Positions 10,808 to 22,037 are shown, counted from the first letter of the stretch. The stretch is 64,000 nt of DNA from an uncultured candidate division Zixibacteria bacterium (GCA_963801605.1 CAWDFP010000007.1:352001-416000); one strand, 5' to 3'. Notes: generated by a model from the letters alone, not told the origin. Numbers and translations are program-made.

Positions 10808-12331
10808 TTGAAAAATCATAGAACGTTTATATCCGCCATCCTGGGCATAATGATGATCATGGGATGCGCCAAGACTGATATCGGCTTACGATATGATATG
10901 GAGAAGATGATTACAAAGGCCGACCGTCTCCAGGAGCAGATCAAGCAAAAAGGCAATGTTATCTCCGAGGATGATTTAAAGCAAATCGTCGATGCTTATT
11001 CCCATATCGCGGCCATGGTGCCCCCCCCAAACAGCATTTCTGATATTCAACTGGCCTCCAAAGACAAACAGCAGGCCTGGGCGCTGGCTTCTCTGGCCAA
11101 TACCAGAATCGGCGTTTTGTATATGAGCCTGAATATGTACGATAAGGCTTACGATATCTTTAATATTATCGCCGACAACCCGGCTACAACACTGATTCAA
11201 AAAAATGCCCTTCTCAGCTACATGGCCGTTGCTCAGGAAAGGTTACAGCATTATCCCCAGGCTGCCGCGATCTATGATTCGTTGGCGCAGGGATATCTGT
11301 CATTGGTCAGCCCCGAAAACCCCAATATGGACGCTCTTGACGCCCCAGTTCAATCAGCCTCGATGTGGGCCAAAAATGGTGATAACGATAAATATCTGGC
11401 TGGAATGGATAAGGCCAGAAATTACTATAGCGATCTGGCCTCAAAATTCAAAGGTACATTGACCGAATCAGCGGCGCTGGGAAAGATTGCAGCATCATAT
11501 ATAGAACAGCAGAACTATCCTCAGGCTATCTCCACTCTTCGAATGGTGCCTCCGGATACATCCGGCCATACCAGCCCCAGCATTCTTCTAATGATTGCCG
11601 ATATCTACATGAATAAACTGAAATCATATCCGCAGGCCGAAAACACCTATCGGGAATTTGTTCAATACTATCCCTCTAATCCGAGCAGGGCGACCGCCAC
11701 CCTCGGAATCGGACTTAGCCTTTTCGAACAGGGAAAATATCTGGCCGCGCTTAAGGCGGTTGAAAATCTCGATAAATTGCCAAAAGCCGATCAAAAAAGC
11801 GTCTCCGAAGCCATTTATCTAACCGGATTATGCTATGAAAAAGAGGACAAATGGGAGCTCGCCCGCGGCCAATTCGACGTTGTCCAGACCTCCTTTCCCG
11901 GAACAAATGAGGCATTCGAATCGGCTCTCTATGTCGCCGATCATTATCGGATCGATAATCAAAAGGAGTTGGCCCAAAAAGCGTTCGATCAGGCAGTCGC
12001 CTATATCAATAAGTTTGTTGACCAGAGTTCATCCGATCAAGCCGCCTGCTCCCGGGCTCTTGGATATCTGGTGCGTGCTTATGTCGAAAATAGTAATTTC
12101 GATAAAGCCGCCGACCAATTGGCCCAAATTCACGAACGTTACTTTCAATACCCCGAGGGTAAATTCGCGCCGCTTCGCATCGCCGATATCTATGAGAATA
12201 ATCTCCATGATAACGCCAGGGCTATAACCTGGCTGAAAACCTTCGTGAATGAGAACCCCGATGCTCCCAACTTGAGCGATGTTAAATCGCATATTGCCAC
12301 GCTTGAGGCTCAACCGGGCAGCGCTAAGTAA
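10808..12331 (+). CDS. TPR-repeat lipoprotein
   Basis: Lipobox (IMGC), multiple TPR-like helical repeats, GGAGG RBS before a TTG start. Confidence 0.85.
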   Translation: MKNHRTFISAILGIMMIMGCAKTDIGLRYDMEKMITKADRLQEQIKQKGNVISEDDLKQIVDAYSHIAAMVPPPNSISDIQLASKDKQQAWALASLANTRIGVLYMSLNMYDKAYDIFNIIADNPATTLIQKNALLSYMAVAQERLQHYPQAAAIYDSLAQGYLSLVSPENPNMDALDAPVQSASMWAKNGDNDKYLAGMDKARNYYSDLASKFKGTLTESAALGKIAASYIEQQNYPQAISTLRMVPPDTSGHTSPSILLMIADIYMNKLKSYPQAENTYREFVQYYPSNPSRATATLGIGLSLFEQGKYLAALKAVENLDKLPKADQKSVSEAIYLTGLCYEKEDKWELARGQFDVVQTSFPGTNEAFESALYVADHYRIDNQKELAQKAFDQAVAYINKFVDQSSSDQAACSRALGYLVRAYVENSNFDKAADQLAQIHERYFQYPEGKFAPLRIADIYENNLHDNARAITWLKTFVNENPDAPNLSDVKSHIATLEAQPGSAK

Positions 12332-12603
12332 TATTCATTTAACACCCTTTGATAACCTCTGCTCCCCCGGGCGGAGGTTATTTTATACGTGCTTTCCTAT
12401 CCGTATTCTATACCTATTTAATATTGATTGTCATTTTCAAATAAAACTTGACTCCCGGGAGTTTAAGCTATAGCATGACTGCTGAAAATAATAAAAGCGA
12501 CGAGAGGATACACGACTATGGCTATTATGTCTGCCCGCTTTTGAATAAGAGATGGCAGCTTAATGATATTTAGATTCGAGATGATTCTAAAAGGGAGGAG
12601 AAA

Positions 12604-12954
12604 ATGATATTAGTCAGAGACATCTTTCAACTTAAATTCGGAAAAGCCCGTGAGGCTATGGATCTCATGAAACAGGGGATCGCTATGATGAGGGAATCCG
12701 GATTTACGCCTGATCGGGTTCTCACCGACCTCAGCGGTACCTTCTATACCCTGGTCCTCGAAAGTACTTATGACAATCTGACCCAGTATGAAAACACCTT
12801 CAAGAGGGCCACCAATGATGAGTGGCGGACCTGGTATATGAAATTTACTGAGTTAGTCCAAAGCGGCAGCCGCGAGATATTTAATATTGTCACGGTTCCC
12901 GAAACCACCCGGGCCTCAACTGAAAGATCGTATGCCGGCGCCCAAACGCGTTAA
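12604..12954 (+). CDS. Hypothetical NIPSNAP-like protein
   Basis: Strong RBS; VRDIFQLKFGKA...RVLTDLSGTFYTLVLE...GSREIF pattern. Confidence 0.6.
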   Translation: MILVRDIFQLKFGKAREAMDLMKQGIAMMRESGFTPDRVLTDLSGTFYTLVLESTYDNLTQYENTFKRATNDEWRTWYMKFTELVQSGSREIFNIVTVPETTRASTERSYAGAQTR

Positions 12955-13086
12955 AATTTAATTTCTCAACGATCGACTCCTTTATAAATGCAGGATCAGG
13001 CCAACTCCCTGGTCCTGCTTTTCTTTGGAGAGAAACAATCGTAATTGGTCAATCAAGCCCTTCATTACCTAATAACTTCGTATATC

Positions 13087-13101
13087 TGGCACCAAAATTG
13101 C
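13087..13101 (+). promoter_or_regulatory. Sigma54 promoter
   Basis: TGGCACCAAAATTGC, a near-consensus -24/-12 element. Confidence 0.65.
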
Positions 13102-13185
13102 CCTCAATATATCCCGGATGTATAAAAAACTTCTTGGTAGATAAGGGTTTAACCTGCATTTCGCAGTAGTCTTCTGAGGTTTTAT

Positions 13186-13692
13186 CTGCAAGAAAATGCA
13201 CCAAATAGGTTAGTTGGCAACAATAGCGGTTCCAGAAGCGGACGAACAGATATTCCGATTCTGATTCTATCGGTTATGGCCATGCTTTTGGCTGGAGTGT
13301 TATCTATAGCCACTATCTCAACCAGGACCGATAAAAACGAGATATCGAAAGTGACTGCGCCCCGCGATCTCGCCGAGGAGGCCGCCAGGGCCGGACTGGA
13401 TGCCGCCAAATGGCATATTGAATGCCACGGCCGGACCTCTGCGGGCAGCCTCTCCCCTCATTATTATATTAACGGCGCCACCTACAGCATTTCCTGGGAT
13501 AATCTCGATCTACGCGATTCGACCGTGCATGTAAACAGCATGGGGCAATATACGATTGGCAAGAATCAGGACTACCGGGTTAGTATAGAGTCGAAAATCA
13601 AAATTGATTTTCTACCGGCCCATAAGAATGAAATTTTATCGGAATATTATTCCCGGAACAGAACCGATCTCATCGATTCGATCCCCAAATAA
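13186..13692 (+). CDS. Pilin/PilX-N-like hypothetical protein (start uncertain; CTG at 13186 or ATG at 13276)
   Basis: N-terminal hydrophobic helix followed by AEEAARAGLDAA, resembling the PilX N-terminal AEAG pattern. Confidence 0.5.
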   Translation: MQENAPNRLVGNNSGSRSGRTDIPILILSVMAMLLAGVLSIATISTRTDKNEISKVTAPRDLAEEAARAGLDAAKWHIECHGRTSAGSLSPHYYINGATYSISWDNLDLRDSTVHVNSMGQYTIGKNQDYRVSIESKIKIDFLPAHKNEILSEYYSRNRTDLIDSIPK

Positions 13693-13709
13693 TACTTGAA
13701 CTAATCATT

Positions 13710-14807
13710 CTATCTAAATTTGATAACAACGATTTCCGGATGATTTCCCGTGCGCATCGGCGGACCCCAGGTGCCGGTGCCGACACAGGTATAAATGGTA
13801 TAATCGTCTTCCACGTGCAAGCCCCGGTCATAACCGCCATATACCTTGTTGGTAATATAATTGAGCGGCCAGATTTGGCCCTGATGAGTATGGCTTGCTA
13901 ATTGAAAATTTACACCGGCGCGCTTGAATAGATCGATATGCACCGGGCTGTGAAACAGCACGATATTGGGTTTGGAACGGTCCAGGCTTTGCAGAGGGAT
14001 TCCGATATCTTTATGCCTGTCTCTGAGCGGATAGGCGATTCCCAGTAGCTGTACGCCGTCGATATCAACCAAACTATCGTTCAGGACGGTAACTGGAAGC
14101 CCTGAGAGGGCCTTCATGGCCTTGCCGATTCCGAGATATGTCTCATGATTCCCTGTAATAAAATATGTACCTAACGACGGGGTCAGACTTGCTAACGGTT
14201 CGACTTCATTGGCAAGATCGTCTCCCTCACCATCGAATAAATCGCCGGTGATAAAAACGATATCCGGTTTTATATCCGCGATCTTCTTTACAATTCGCTC
14301 CAAAAATCGTCTTCCCCAGATTGTGCCCAGATGAACATCCGATATCTGGACCGCCGTTCGGCCCTTCCATGATGGTGGCAAATTCTTGATAGAAACCTCG
14401 ATCTGACGAATCCTTGGATTGGCGGCGTTGATAAGCCCGTAAGCGCTATATAACAATGCTATAGATATTATAATTGCAGCCGCTAAGTTTATGCTGAAAT
14501 TGATGCCGCTTAACGCCATTATCCCCATTACAATCCAAATCAAAATTGCGGATAGGAAAAGATAAAGCAGAACGCCCAGCCAGATCGATGAGATATAATA
14601 TACGATTCTCGAAATGACATTATCTTTCCAGAAAACCAGCAGCGACGCCCCCATAAAACTAAACGCCAATAATCCCAAAATTATCCCTAACGCCCTTAAT
14701 TGAGCAGGTTCGGTTATATGAAAAAATCGTACCCATGAAAAATAGAGAAAAGCATGCGCCGCTATTACTATCGCTTCCGCAATCGAAATGAAAACTACAA
14801 ATCCCAT
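13710..14807 (-). CDS. Membrane-anchored metallophosphoesterase (YkuE-like)
   Basis: N-terminal TM helices; SDVHLG, TGDLFD, GNHE, HSP, SHTHQGQ and GTGTWGPPMR motifs. Confidence 0.9.
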   Translation of the reverse strand: MGFVVFISIAEAIVIAAHAFLYFSWVRFFHITEPAQLRALGIILGLLAFSFMGASLLVFWKDNVISRIVYYISSIWLGVLLYLFLSAILIWIVMGIMALSGINFSINLAAAIIISIALLYSAYGLINAANPRIRQIEVSIKNLPPSWKGRTAVQISDVHLGTIWGRRFLERIVKKIADIKPDIVFITGDLFDGEGDDLANEVEPLASLTPSLGTYFITGNHETYLGIGKAMKALSGLPVTVLNDSLVDIDGVQLLGIAYPLRDRHKDIGIPLQSLDRSKPNIVLFHSPVHIDLFKRAGVNFQLASHTHQGQIWPLNYITNKVYGGYDRGLHVEDDYTIYTCVGTGTWGPPMRTGNHPEIVVIKFR

Positions 14808-15091
14808 TTTATTATACCTTTATAATCCTTATCCTTTTGTCGCCATTTATCCCCGGCATGATATGAAAACCCGATTTACAAAGCCACAGGTTTCCTCTGA
14901 TGTTGCCTAAATATCCAGAAGCATTAACTTTATTATTATGCAACGCTCTCAAATTCCCCGGGTATTTGACGTTATTTAAAACCTCTTACGGGTTTTGACT
15001 CTTTTTTGCATTCTCAATAGAATCGGCCAAGCTCATCCCGATGAAATGAGGCTTGGCCGAATAATCCTAAATTCCAAAGGTAATCTAAAAA

Positions 15092-16211
15092 CTACATCTT
15101 TGCGGCTACAGCCTGGGCAATCTCCAATGTTGTATTTTTACCGCCCATATCATAGGTCCTGACCTTGCCCTCTTTGATTACCGTCGCGATTGCACCCTCA
15201 AGACAATCCGCCTGTGATGTTTCACCGAGCCAATCGAGCATCAGCTTAACAGTCAGAAGTGTCGCCATCGGATTAACCTTGAACATGCCGGCATATTTCG
15301 GTGCGCTGCCATGAGTAGGTTCGAAAACAGCATAGTTGTCGCCAATATTTCCCGAACTCGCGAATCCCAGGCCGCCCACCAGTTGAGCCGCCAAATCTGA
15401 TATGATATCGCCAAACATATTCGATGTTACCAGCACTGAATAATCGTTCGGATTTTTAACCAGCCACATGCACATGGCGTCGATATTAGTTTCACCCAAT
15501 TGGATTTCGGGATAGTTTTTGGCCACCTCGCGGGCGGTGCGCACAAATAAGCCCGATGTTTCACGGATCACATTGGGCTTCTCAACCACCGTAACCGATT
15601 TCTTGCCGTACTTTCTGGCGTACTCAAACGCATCCGTGACGATATTTCGGCTGGCCCGCTTGGTGATAATGCGAAGAGATATCGCCAGCTCATTTGCCGG
15701 GGCATTGGCGAAACGCTTCATCTTGGAATTGGCTTTTTCGATTGCCGCCCGAAATTCATCGGACGTTGGGAAAAACTCTACGCCGGAGTAAAGATCTTCC
15801 GTATTTTCGCGGAACACGGTGATATCGATATCATCGCGGTAATTAAGCGGGTTTCCTGCATACGCCTTGCAGGGCCGAAGATTGGTGCGAAGATCGAAGT
15901 AGCTGACGAAGCTTTACAATTGGTGAGGCATAAACCAATCCTTTGCCTTTGAGCGCCGGGGATAGTTCGGCCTCAGCCTCTTCCTTCGGTTTTGATGTAA
16001 TAGCGCCAAACAGAGCGCAGTCCGTGCTCTTGAGGATATTTATAGTCCTGTCGGGAAGCGCGTTGCCTTCCCTGCACCAGAACTCCCAGCCAATATCGCA
16101 GGGGATATATTCCGCATCGAGTTTGATCTTATCGAGGACGATTTTAGCCGCATCCAGAACATCTTTTCCAACACCGTCGCCCGGCATCCAGGCGATTTTG
16201 TACTTTGCCAT
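15092..16211 (-). CDS. Isocitrate/isopropylmalate dehydrogenase family, probable homoisocitrate dehydrogenase (one frameshift near 15900)
   Basis: PGDGVG, GAITSKP, RENTEDLY, NMFGDIISD, FEPTHGSAP; removing one base restores LRQLFDLRTNLRP. Confidence 0.85.
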
Positions 16212-16379
16212 ATCAGACTCCTTTCGGTCGCCATTAATTAAACATTTGCTGCCTCAATCTACGAATCCAAAGCTTGCGGTCAACTGAAAAAACGAATGAT
16301 AGGTTTTGACAAACCCGTGTAGGGTGCGCTATGCGCACCATTTTACTGCCTTAATAATGAATTCTTATTTTCGCTTTTT

Positions 16380-16420
16380 GTAGGTCGGGTTCCGAGTCCC
16401 TTGGACGAGAAACCCGACAC
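16380..16420 (+). repeat. GTAG-type REP-like palindrome, family 1
   Basis: One mismatch to the copy at 768-808. Confidence 0.85.
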
Positions 16421-16595
16421 TGACCCACGTGCCATCTTCCCTTTTTTTCCACAATTCGAAAAATAACTTTCTCTCCGTGAACGCTAAATTATAGACATTC
16501 CTCCACGCTCTTAAAATCCTCCAAAACGCGTTCAAAGTGCATTTTGATTTATGGAGGCTTATAAGTGGAAGGACGATTGTGCGCCACAAAACCTT

Positions 16596-16820
16596 CCCTA
16601 CAGGTGGCTGTCCTCTCGGGACCCACAGGGGTCCCCCGGAATCGCCGTCGATTCAACCGGCAGCCAGGATCGCTTCTCCCACAGAAGGTCAGTTTGACCG
16701 CTCAGGGAGAGGAGAAACTGGAGGCAGGTCAGGACAGGTCCCATCTTGTAAAGGGTTTACCCGCCTTTTTCTGGCGGGATTATCGGTCCCGGGACCTCCC
16801 CCTTACAATACCTGCAAGGG
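16596..16820 (-). ncRNA. Candidate structured non-coding RNA, family unassigned
   Basis: GC-rich intergenic island with nested helices; two helices contain G-U pairs only on the minus strand. Confidence 0.5.
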
Positions 16821-17033
16821 GACCTTGAAAACTAAAGATCGTAGCTCAAATCTCCTCGGAGATTTGACAAGTCCGATGGCCGGGTTCGAAGCGTGCAAAA
16901 CAAGAGAGAAACCCGACACATTCGGAAACCTTACGAAAGGAGGTTGATAATAAACACAAAGCGCCCGATCCATAAACCAGGCGCCTAAAATTAAAATCCG
17001 ATAGCTTATTTCGACGGATTATATCGCTATCAA

Positions 17034-17945
17034 CTACATTCTAATCCTTAACGTAAAACGATGGGTATCGTTTAGGTTATTATTCGATGGCACAAAGGCG
17101 TATTCGAAATAATAATTTGTATAAGTAATGCCCCCACCGAGCGAAAAATTCCGCGAATCGTATCCGAATCCATATCCCATTCGCAGGCTAATCAGGTCTT
17201 GATAGGTATATTCGCCGCCAATATTGAGCTTGCTCTTTTTGTTGCCCCATTTGGTTACTATAAAATCGCTGGAAAGAATTAATCCCGCCAACTTTGTTTC
17301 GGGAAGCATTCTATACGATGCGCCTATTCTCAATTCGCGCGGAAGATCAAAAGATACGGAATCGAACTTTGGCTGCGTCCCCAAATTTCGAACCGATACA
17401 CCGAGCGCTATCTCCGGCCTGAGCGTATAAAACGCTCCAAAATCGAGGCCCAGCGCCGAGGCGCTATTTATATCGATTTTTTCATACGCCCATTTAATTG
17501 TATTGCCGATCGCCAGACGATCATTTAACGGCAACGCCCATAAAAATGACGCTGTAAAATTGTGCTCATCGAAAGTACCCAATGGTTGATCGGTCGGCAC
17601 TACATCGCGCCTTTCGATATTGGCGACCTTGCCGTAATAAAGACCCAATCCATAGTGGAATCTTTTCGAATGCGCTATGACCGAGAAATGTTCCATGGTG
17701 ACATCGGTTAGATACTTAACATGCATCAGGGAAAATTCGGTGCCATCCATCAGAGCCGCTGACGCTGGATTGAAATAGGGCGCTCCGGCATCACCGCTGA
17801 TCGCGGTATAAGCCTCCCCCATCGCGGCTGCTCGTGAACCCGGCCCGATCAGGAGAAAATCAAACGAGCTTTCCCCCGATTGCGCTATCACCTGCCCGCT
17901 TAAGGCGAGTATTACCACTATTAAAAAAGAAATAATCCGTTTCAT
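17034..17945 (-). CDS. PorV/PorQ family outer-membrane protein
   Basis: FLLIGPGSRAAAMGEAYTA...YFNPA motif, signal peptide, beta-barrel C-terminus. Confidence 0.85.
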   Translation of the reverse strand: MKRIISFLIVVILALSGQVIAQSGESSFDFLLIGPGSRAAAMGEAYTAISGDAGAPYFNPASAALMDGTEFSLMHVKYLTDVTMEHFSVIAHSKRFHYGLGLYYGKVANIERRDVVPTDQPLGTFDEHNFTASFLWALPLNDRLAIGNTIKWAYEKIDINSASALGLDFGAFYTLRPEIALGVSVRNLGTQPKFDSVSFDLPRELRIGASYRMLPETKLAGLILSSDFIVTKWGNKKSKLNIGGEYTYQDLISLRMGYGFGYDSRNFSLGGGITYTNYYFEYAFVPSNNNLNDTHRFTLRIRM

Positions 17946-17948
17946 CGG

Positions 17949-18938
17949 TTAAAGCCCCATTTTCAATGTAAAGATATGGCTGGCCGCGGTCCCCGCCTGA
18001 CCTACAAGGTAAGCATACTCAAGGGCAATGGATGTATTTTTCAGAGCGTACGCGTAGCTGGCGCCGAATGTCGGGTTCCCTCGATCCAGACCCACTCGCA
18101 GTCCTGCCCAGCGAACATAATAATCCACGCTGCTATATTTGCCTTCTTCGTACTCGTCCTCAACCTGCTTGGTGAGTTTTTTGGTAAACCAATACTCCGC
18201 GCCCGTCCTGAATCGAACGGCCATACTACCGCTCTTTTCAAAATCGACAGCCGGTATTAACCGTCCTGAGTACAATTCCCCGGCAAGTCCAAACCGGAAT
18301 ACCGGAGGAAAACTCTGTTCATACGACGATCCGCCATCATTCCAATATTTCAGGCTGTCCCAGCGAAGCCTGGAACCGAGATTCTGGAGCGATGCGCCAA
18401 GGAGGATAACCTTGCGCAAACGAGCTTTGGCTCCAAGATCAACTCCGACCGTGAAGGCATCGAGATTATCGAACTTCTCCTGCAGATAGCGAATAGTGCC
18501 GCCAAATGAAATCGTGTTATTTAAGGCCTTGGCGAACGATAGCGCAAAAGCATTTTGATTATTTTTGATATCGCCCGTGATCTGTTGTGATGACCCCCGG
18601 CCGACGACATTACCAACTCCGGCGTTAACCCAACTGGCGGCCATAGCGGCTTCATTTTTTATCGGAAACGAGATTGCTACATGCCCCAGATGTCTATCCA
18701 GCGACATCGATTTATAACTCAGGCTGACACCCAATTTCAGTTCGAATCCCAGGCCGGCAGGATTGTAATAAGTGGCTTCGGGTCCTTCGGCGATTGCGGT
18801 ATAAGCCCCTCCCATTCCCAGAGGACGGGCGCCAACGCCACTGCGAAGAAACTGTCCGCCCAGTCCGGCGTCATCGCCGGAGTAGGCGTTAACGGCCATG
18901 ATTGAAATCGCCAGCGCGAATAATATTAACTTCCTCAT
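17949..18938 (-). CDS. PorV/PorQ family outer-membrane protein
   Basis: FLRSGVGARPLGMGGAYTA...YYNPAGL motif. Confidence 0.85.
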   Translation of the reverse strand: MRKLILFALAISIMAVNAYSGDDAGLGGQFLRSGVGARPLGMGGAYTAIAEGPEATYYNPAGLGFELKLGVSLSYKSMSLDRHLGHVAISFPIKNEAAMAASWVNAGVGNVVGRGSSQQITGDIKNNQNAFALSFAKALNNTISFGGTIRYLQEKFDNLDAFTVGVDLGAKARLRKVILLGASLQNLGSRLRWDSLKYWNDGGSSYEQSFPPVFRFGLAGELYSGRLIPAVDFEKSGSMAVRFRTGAEYWFTKKLTKQVEDEYEEGKYSSVDYYVRWAGLRVGLDRGNPTFGASYAYALKNTSIALEYAYLVGQAGTAASHIFTLKMGL

Positions 18939-20433
18939 TTTATTACCACAACCTTTCCCCAGAGATCATCGCCATAATCAAGCTCGATACGATAAAAATA
19001 TACTCCGTTGGCAACAGTCTTACCATCGCCGTTGGTGCCATCCCAGATAATATCGTCCGATTCAACATTCCCTGCCCGAGGCACATTTTCGGCAAGTGTT
19101 TTGACTAAATCGAGATTAAAATCATAAATTTTGATAGTGGCTTTCGTATCGGCTGTCGGCATGAAATGAATCGTAGTGCCGTGTCGAATTGAGGCATCGG
19201 GCGAGAACGGCGACGGATAAGCGTAATGATTGGTCGGGTCTTGTTGGGATCGAAATACTCTCCAGCCTCCCGGCACGGATTTCACAATGCCATCGGTGCC
19301 GCCCGCCCAAACCGCATTATCAAAAACATCAACGGCGTAAAATGGTGCTTATCCTGGTAAAAGGCTTCATGAAACAATATCCTTGAAATTCGATTGCAAT
19401 GTCCAGGCGGAATAATCGCCATTTGATTTATATAATCCAAAACTCGTTGCCGCGTAAACCGTATCCCCGGCGAATGCGAAAGCCCAACCCTCAACGGAAG
19501 CGTCACCGCCGGGACCTTCGATTGGCACCGCGTGCCAGGTCACCCCGTCATCAGATGAATATGCTACGCGGCGAAGTTCTCCGGTCGAAACCGGACGACA
19601 GGCGGCCCAGATAGTTTTTTGAGAGCCTTGCTTGTTGATAGCAAGTCCGACCACGTGATTCCCCGGTAGCTTCAACGTATCGGCGAGAGTGGTATCATCC
19701 GCTACAAAGGAGTAATGCGCTATCGAATCAGGATAAGTATGGAAAGCGTGAGTCAGCGTATCGGCATAGAAGAAAAACCTGTGAATGCCGTTGGCGTTTC
19801 CTCCCCACACCGATAATACATTTGGAAATCCCGTTGTGTCGGTCGTCACCGAAAAATAACGATTGCTGAAATTCAAATATGTCGCCTGGGCGTAATCGAC
19901 CGAATCAGCGTTGATCGAATCAAGCTGAGTCGCGAATAAGTTTTGCCAGGTCGCGCCGTAATCGAGGGTGCGGATCAATCCTCCATAAAAGCAAGCCGAG
20001 TACGCTATCGTATCATAAACCGATAGATCGTATGAAATCATACCGACTTTGTCGGCCTGGATCGGTGTCAGCGTTTGCCAGGTAGCACCGCCATCACGAG
20101 TGAGAGCGATTCCACTCCCGGCTGGGAATGATTCTCCGTTATAGGTTACCGAATTCGAACATCCGACCCAGACTCCCTTCAGATTCACCGCTAACGATGA
20201 GACTTCTTCGCTCGGCAAAGTCCCCGCGCCGTAAGTGGTCCAGGTGCTGCCTCCATTTTCGGAAACGACGGCGCCGCTGCCGGTGCCCAGCCAAACAGAC
20301 GAGGTGTCATGTTTAATATCGATAACAGTGTTGGAGGTGATGCCGCTTCTGCCGCTTCGAGGCTGATTGACATATTAGCCCGGGCGCTTGAGCAGATCAA
20401 TATGATCAGGATAGGAATAAATAGTTTTTTCAT
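18935..20433 (-). CDS. Secreted BNR/beta-propeller protein with a C-terminal FlgD-Ig/T9SS-type domain (frameshifts near 20360 and 19360)
   Basis: Asp-box-like repeats (TRDGGATW, TLDYGATW, SDDGVTW); YAYPSPF...WDGTNGDGKTVANGVYFYRI; split over three ORFs. Confidence 0.75.
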
Positions 20434-20858
20434 CAGGGCCTCTGGTATGCAGTGATTATTACTGCGGGATTATTTGATTTATTACCATGCTTATCTCTGG
20501 CATAAAATGTAAATGTATAATTCCCTAACTGACTTTGCGGACCGGGAGCCTGGATGCCCGATGAATAGCGGTTGTCTCCCGCGGTGGAATCTCCGTTTTG
20601 CCCCTGATCGTTCATGGGAAAGTGAATATTATTGGAGGTGCTATCGGGACGGGTTACTATAAAATATACCGAATCGATATCTCCGGCTCCATCCGGGTCG
20701 ATTGCCGTGATCGCTATTAGATACAATAGAGTATCACCTCTTACGAGCGAATCGGGAGCATTGATATCGCTTAATACGGGTGCATAATTTGGTTTGTCAC
20801 ATACGGAAAATAATACTGAAATGATAAAAACGATTGGGAGGAGTATTTTTAATTTCAT
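20433..20858 (-). CDS. Small exported protein with a choice-of-anchor-X-like domain
   Basis: Signal peptide; MNDQGQNGDSTAGDNRYS motif. Confidence 0.6.
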   Translation of the reverse strand: MKLKILLPIVFIISVLFSVCDKPNYAPVLSDINAPDSLVRGDTLLYLIAITAIDPDGAGDIDSVYFIVTRPDSTSNNIHFPMNDQGQNGDSTAGDNRYSSGIQAPGPQSQLGNYTFTFYARDKHGNKSNNPAVIITAYQRP

Positions 20859-20961
20859 CAGGCCGCCTATTAACCTTTCGTCGCGGTGTCACTTAATCGA
20901 TATCAATTAATAATAGGCGTCCTCCTTCATATCTGTAAAGCTAAAAAATACGCGACGGTTG

Positions 20962-21861
20962 TCAAGGCAATATTTTGTCGGGACGGAGGGCCGCGCCATA
21001 CCGGAGCCCTCCGGCCGACACCATCAGCATCTTCTGGTTTGTAATACCCATGATGCTTAAAAATATTCCCAGCCCGGGCAAAATAAGTTCGGCCCGCTCG
21101 GGATCGAAAGGAATCATCCGAACTCGCCCCTCCTTATCGGAGCCATCGAATTGGCTGGCAATCCGGCGCATATCTTCTATAGATAGAATGGAGCCATGTA
21201 CCGATTTAGAATCATAACGATTTTCACCGAGCTTGATCGCCGCTACCGATGTGATGGTCCCTCCGGTTGCCAGGACTGCATCCGGTTTAGCATATTGTAG
21301 ACTCGTTATTCCTTCTTCAAGGATTTTGGTCGCTTTATCCAGATAGTTTTTAAGGCCGCCTGCCGCAATTTCCTTTAATTTTAACGCGCCGATTGGAATG
21401 CTGATCGAATCAGCGATAGTTTCTCCCCTGATAACAACGAGCTCCGTTGAACCGCCGCCAACATCGATTAATAAAATCATTTTGCCGTCAATTTTCAGAT
21501 TAAATCGCGCTCCCAGAAAGGTCAACTCCGCTTCTTTCAATCCGGATATTATTGTTGGCGGCTGGCCAACCGAATCCATCACCATTTGCAGGAATTCCGA
21601 TGAGTTTTTCGCCAGCCGAAGAGCCTCGGTACCAATCATAAAAAGCTCATCATAAAGAGCTTCTTTACAGAACAGGGTCACGGCCCTGGCGGTGCGAATC
21701 ATGGCGCTCTGCCTCAGGTAGCCGCTGGCGGATAGTCCCTCGCCGAGCCTCGTCGTCTGTTTTCGATCGGAGATGACCGTCAGGCCATCTATCGAAACAT
21801 CGGCTAACAATGCCAGCACAGAATTGGTGCCAATATCAATTACCAGTCTTCGGGTGCTCAT
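20962..21861 (-). CDS. ppx: Ppx/GppA family phosphatase
   Basis: IDIGTNS, TRLGEG, TEALR, ISGLKEAELTF and DVGGGSTE motifs. Confidence 0.9.
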   Translation of the reverse strand: MSTRRLVIDIGTNSVLALLADVSIDGLTVISDRKQTTRLGEGLSASGYLRQSAMIRTARAVTLFCKEALYDELFMIGTEALRLAKNSSEFLQMVMDSVGQPPTIISGLKEAELTFLGARFNLKIDGKMILLIDVGGGSTELVVIRGETIADSISIPIGALKLKEIAAGGLKNYLDKATKILEEGITSLQYAKPDAVLATGGTITSVAAIKLGENRYDSKSVHGSILSIEDMRRIASQFDGSDKEGRVRMIPFDPERAELILPGLGIFLSIMGITNQKMLMVSAGGLRYGAALRPDKILP

Positions 21862-21954
21862 AAATCTCAATATAGGGAAATTTGGAATAAATATTCAAAT
21901 GCTATCTAATTAAGATTAAGATCGGATTTGAAATCTGGCGCTGATAAAATTAAG

Positions 21955-21980
21955 AAAGGGCGGAATCTATCCGCCCTTTC
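21955..21980. terminator. Intrinsic terminator hairpin
   Basis: GAAAGGGCGGA...TCCGCCCTTTC. Confidence 0.6.
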
Positions 21981-22037
21981 CAACAGGAACCGCTCTTGGA
22001 CGATATGATTTAGAGCTATTTCCCCGCTGTCAGCTCA

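Noticed and set aside
16579..16600. GTGCG as a group II intron 5' end
   Set aside because: No domain V/VI or reverse transcriptase seen, and G-U pairs favour the opposite strand
16585..16612. Cobalamin or lysine riboswitch
   Set aside because: GCCACCTG..GGGAAGG is only a partial resemblance; the B12 box and lysine-riboswitch core motifs are absent
16365..16947. ORFs 16365-16589, 16537-16947 and 16565-16828
   Set aside because: No RBS or protein motifs; they overlap REPs and the structured element
19340..19380. In-frame TGA as selenocysteine or a recoded stop
   Set aside because: An in-frame TAA follows six codons later and another frame reads through the gap; compensating indels explain it better
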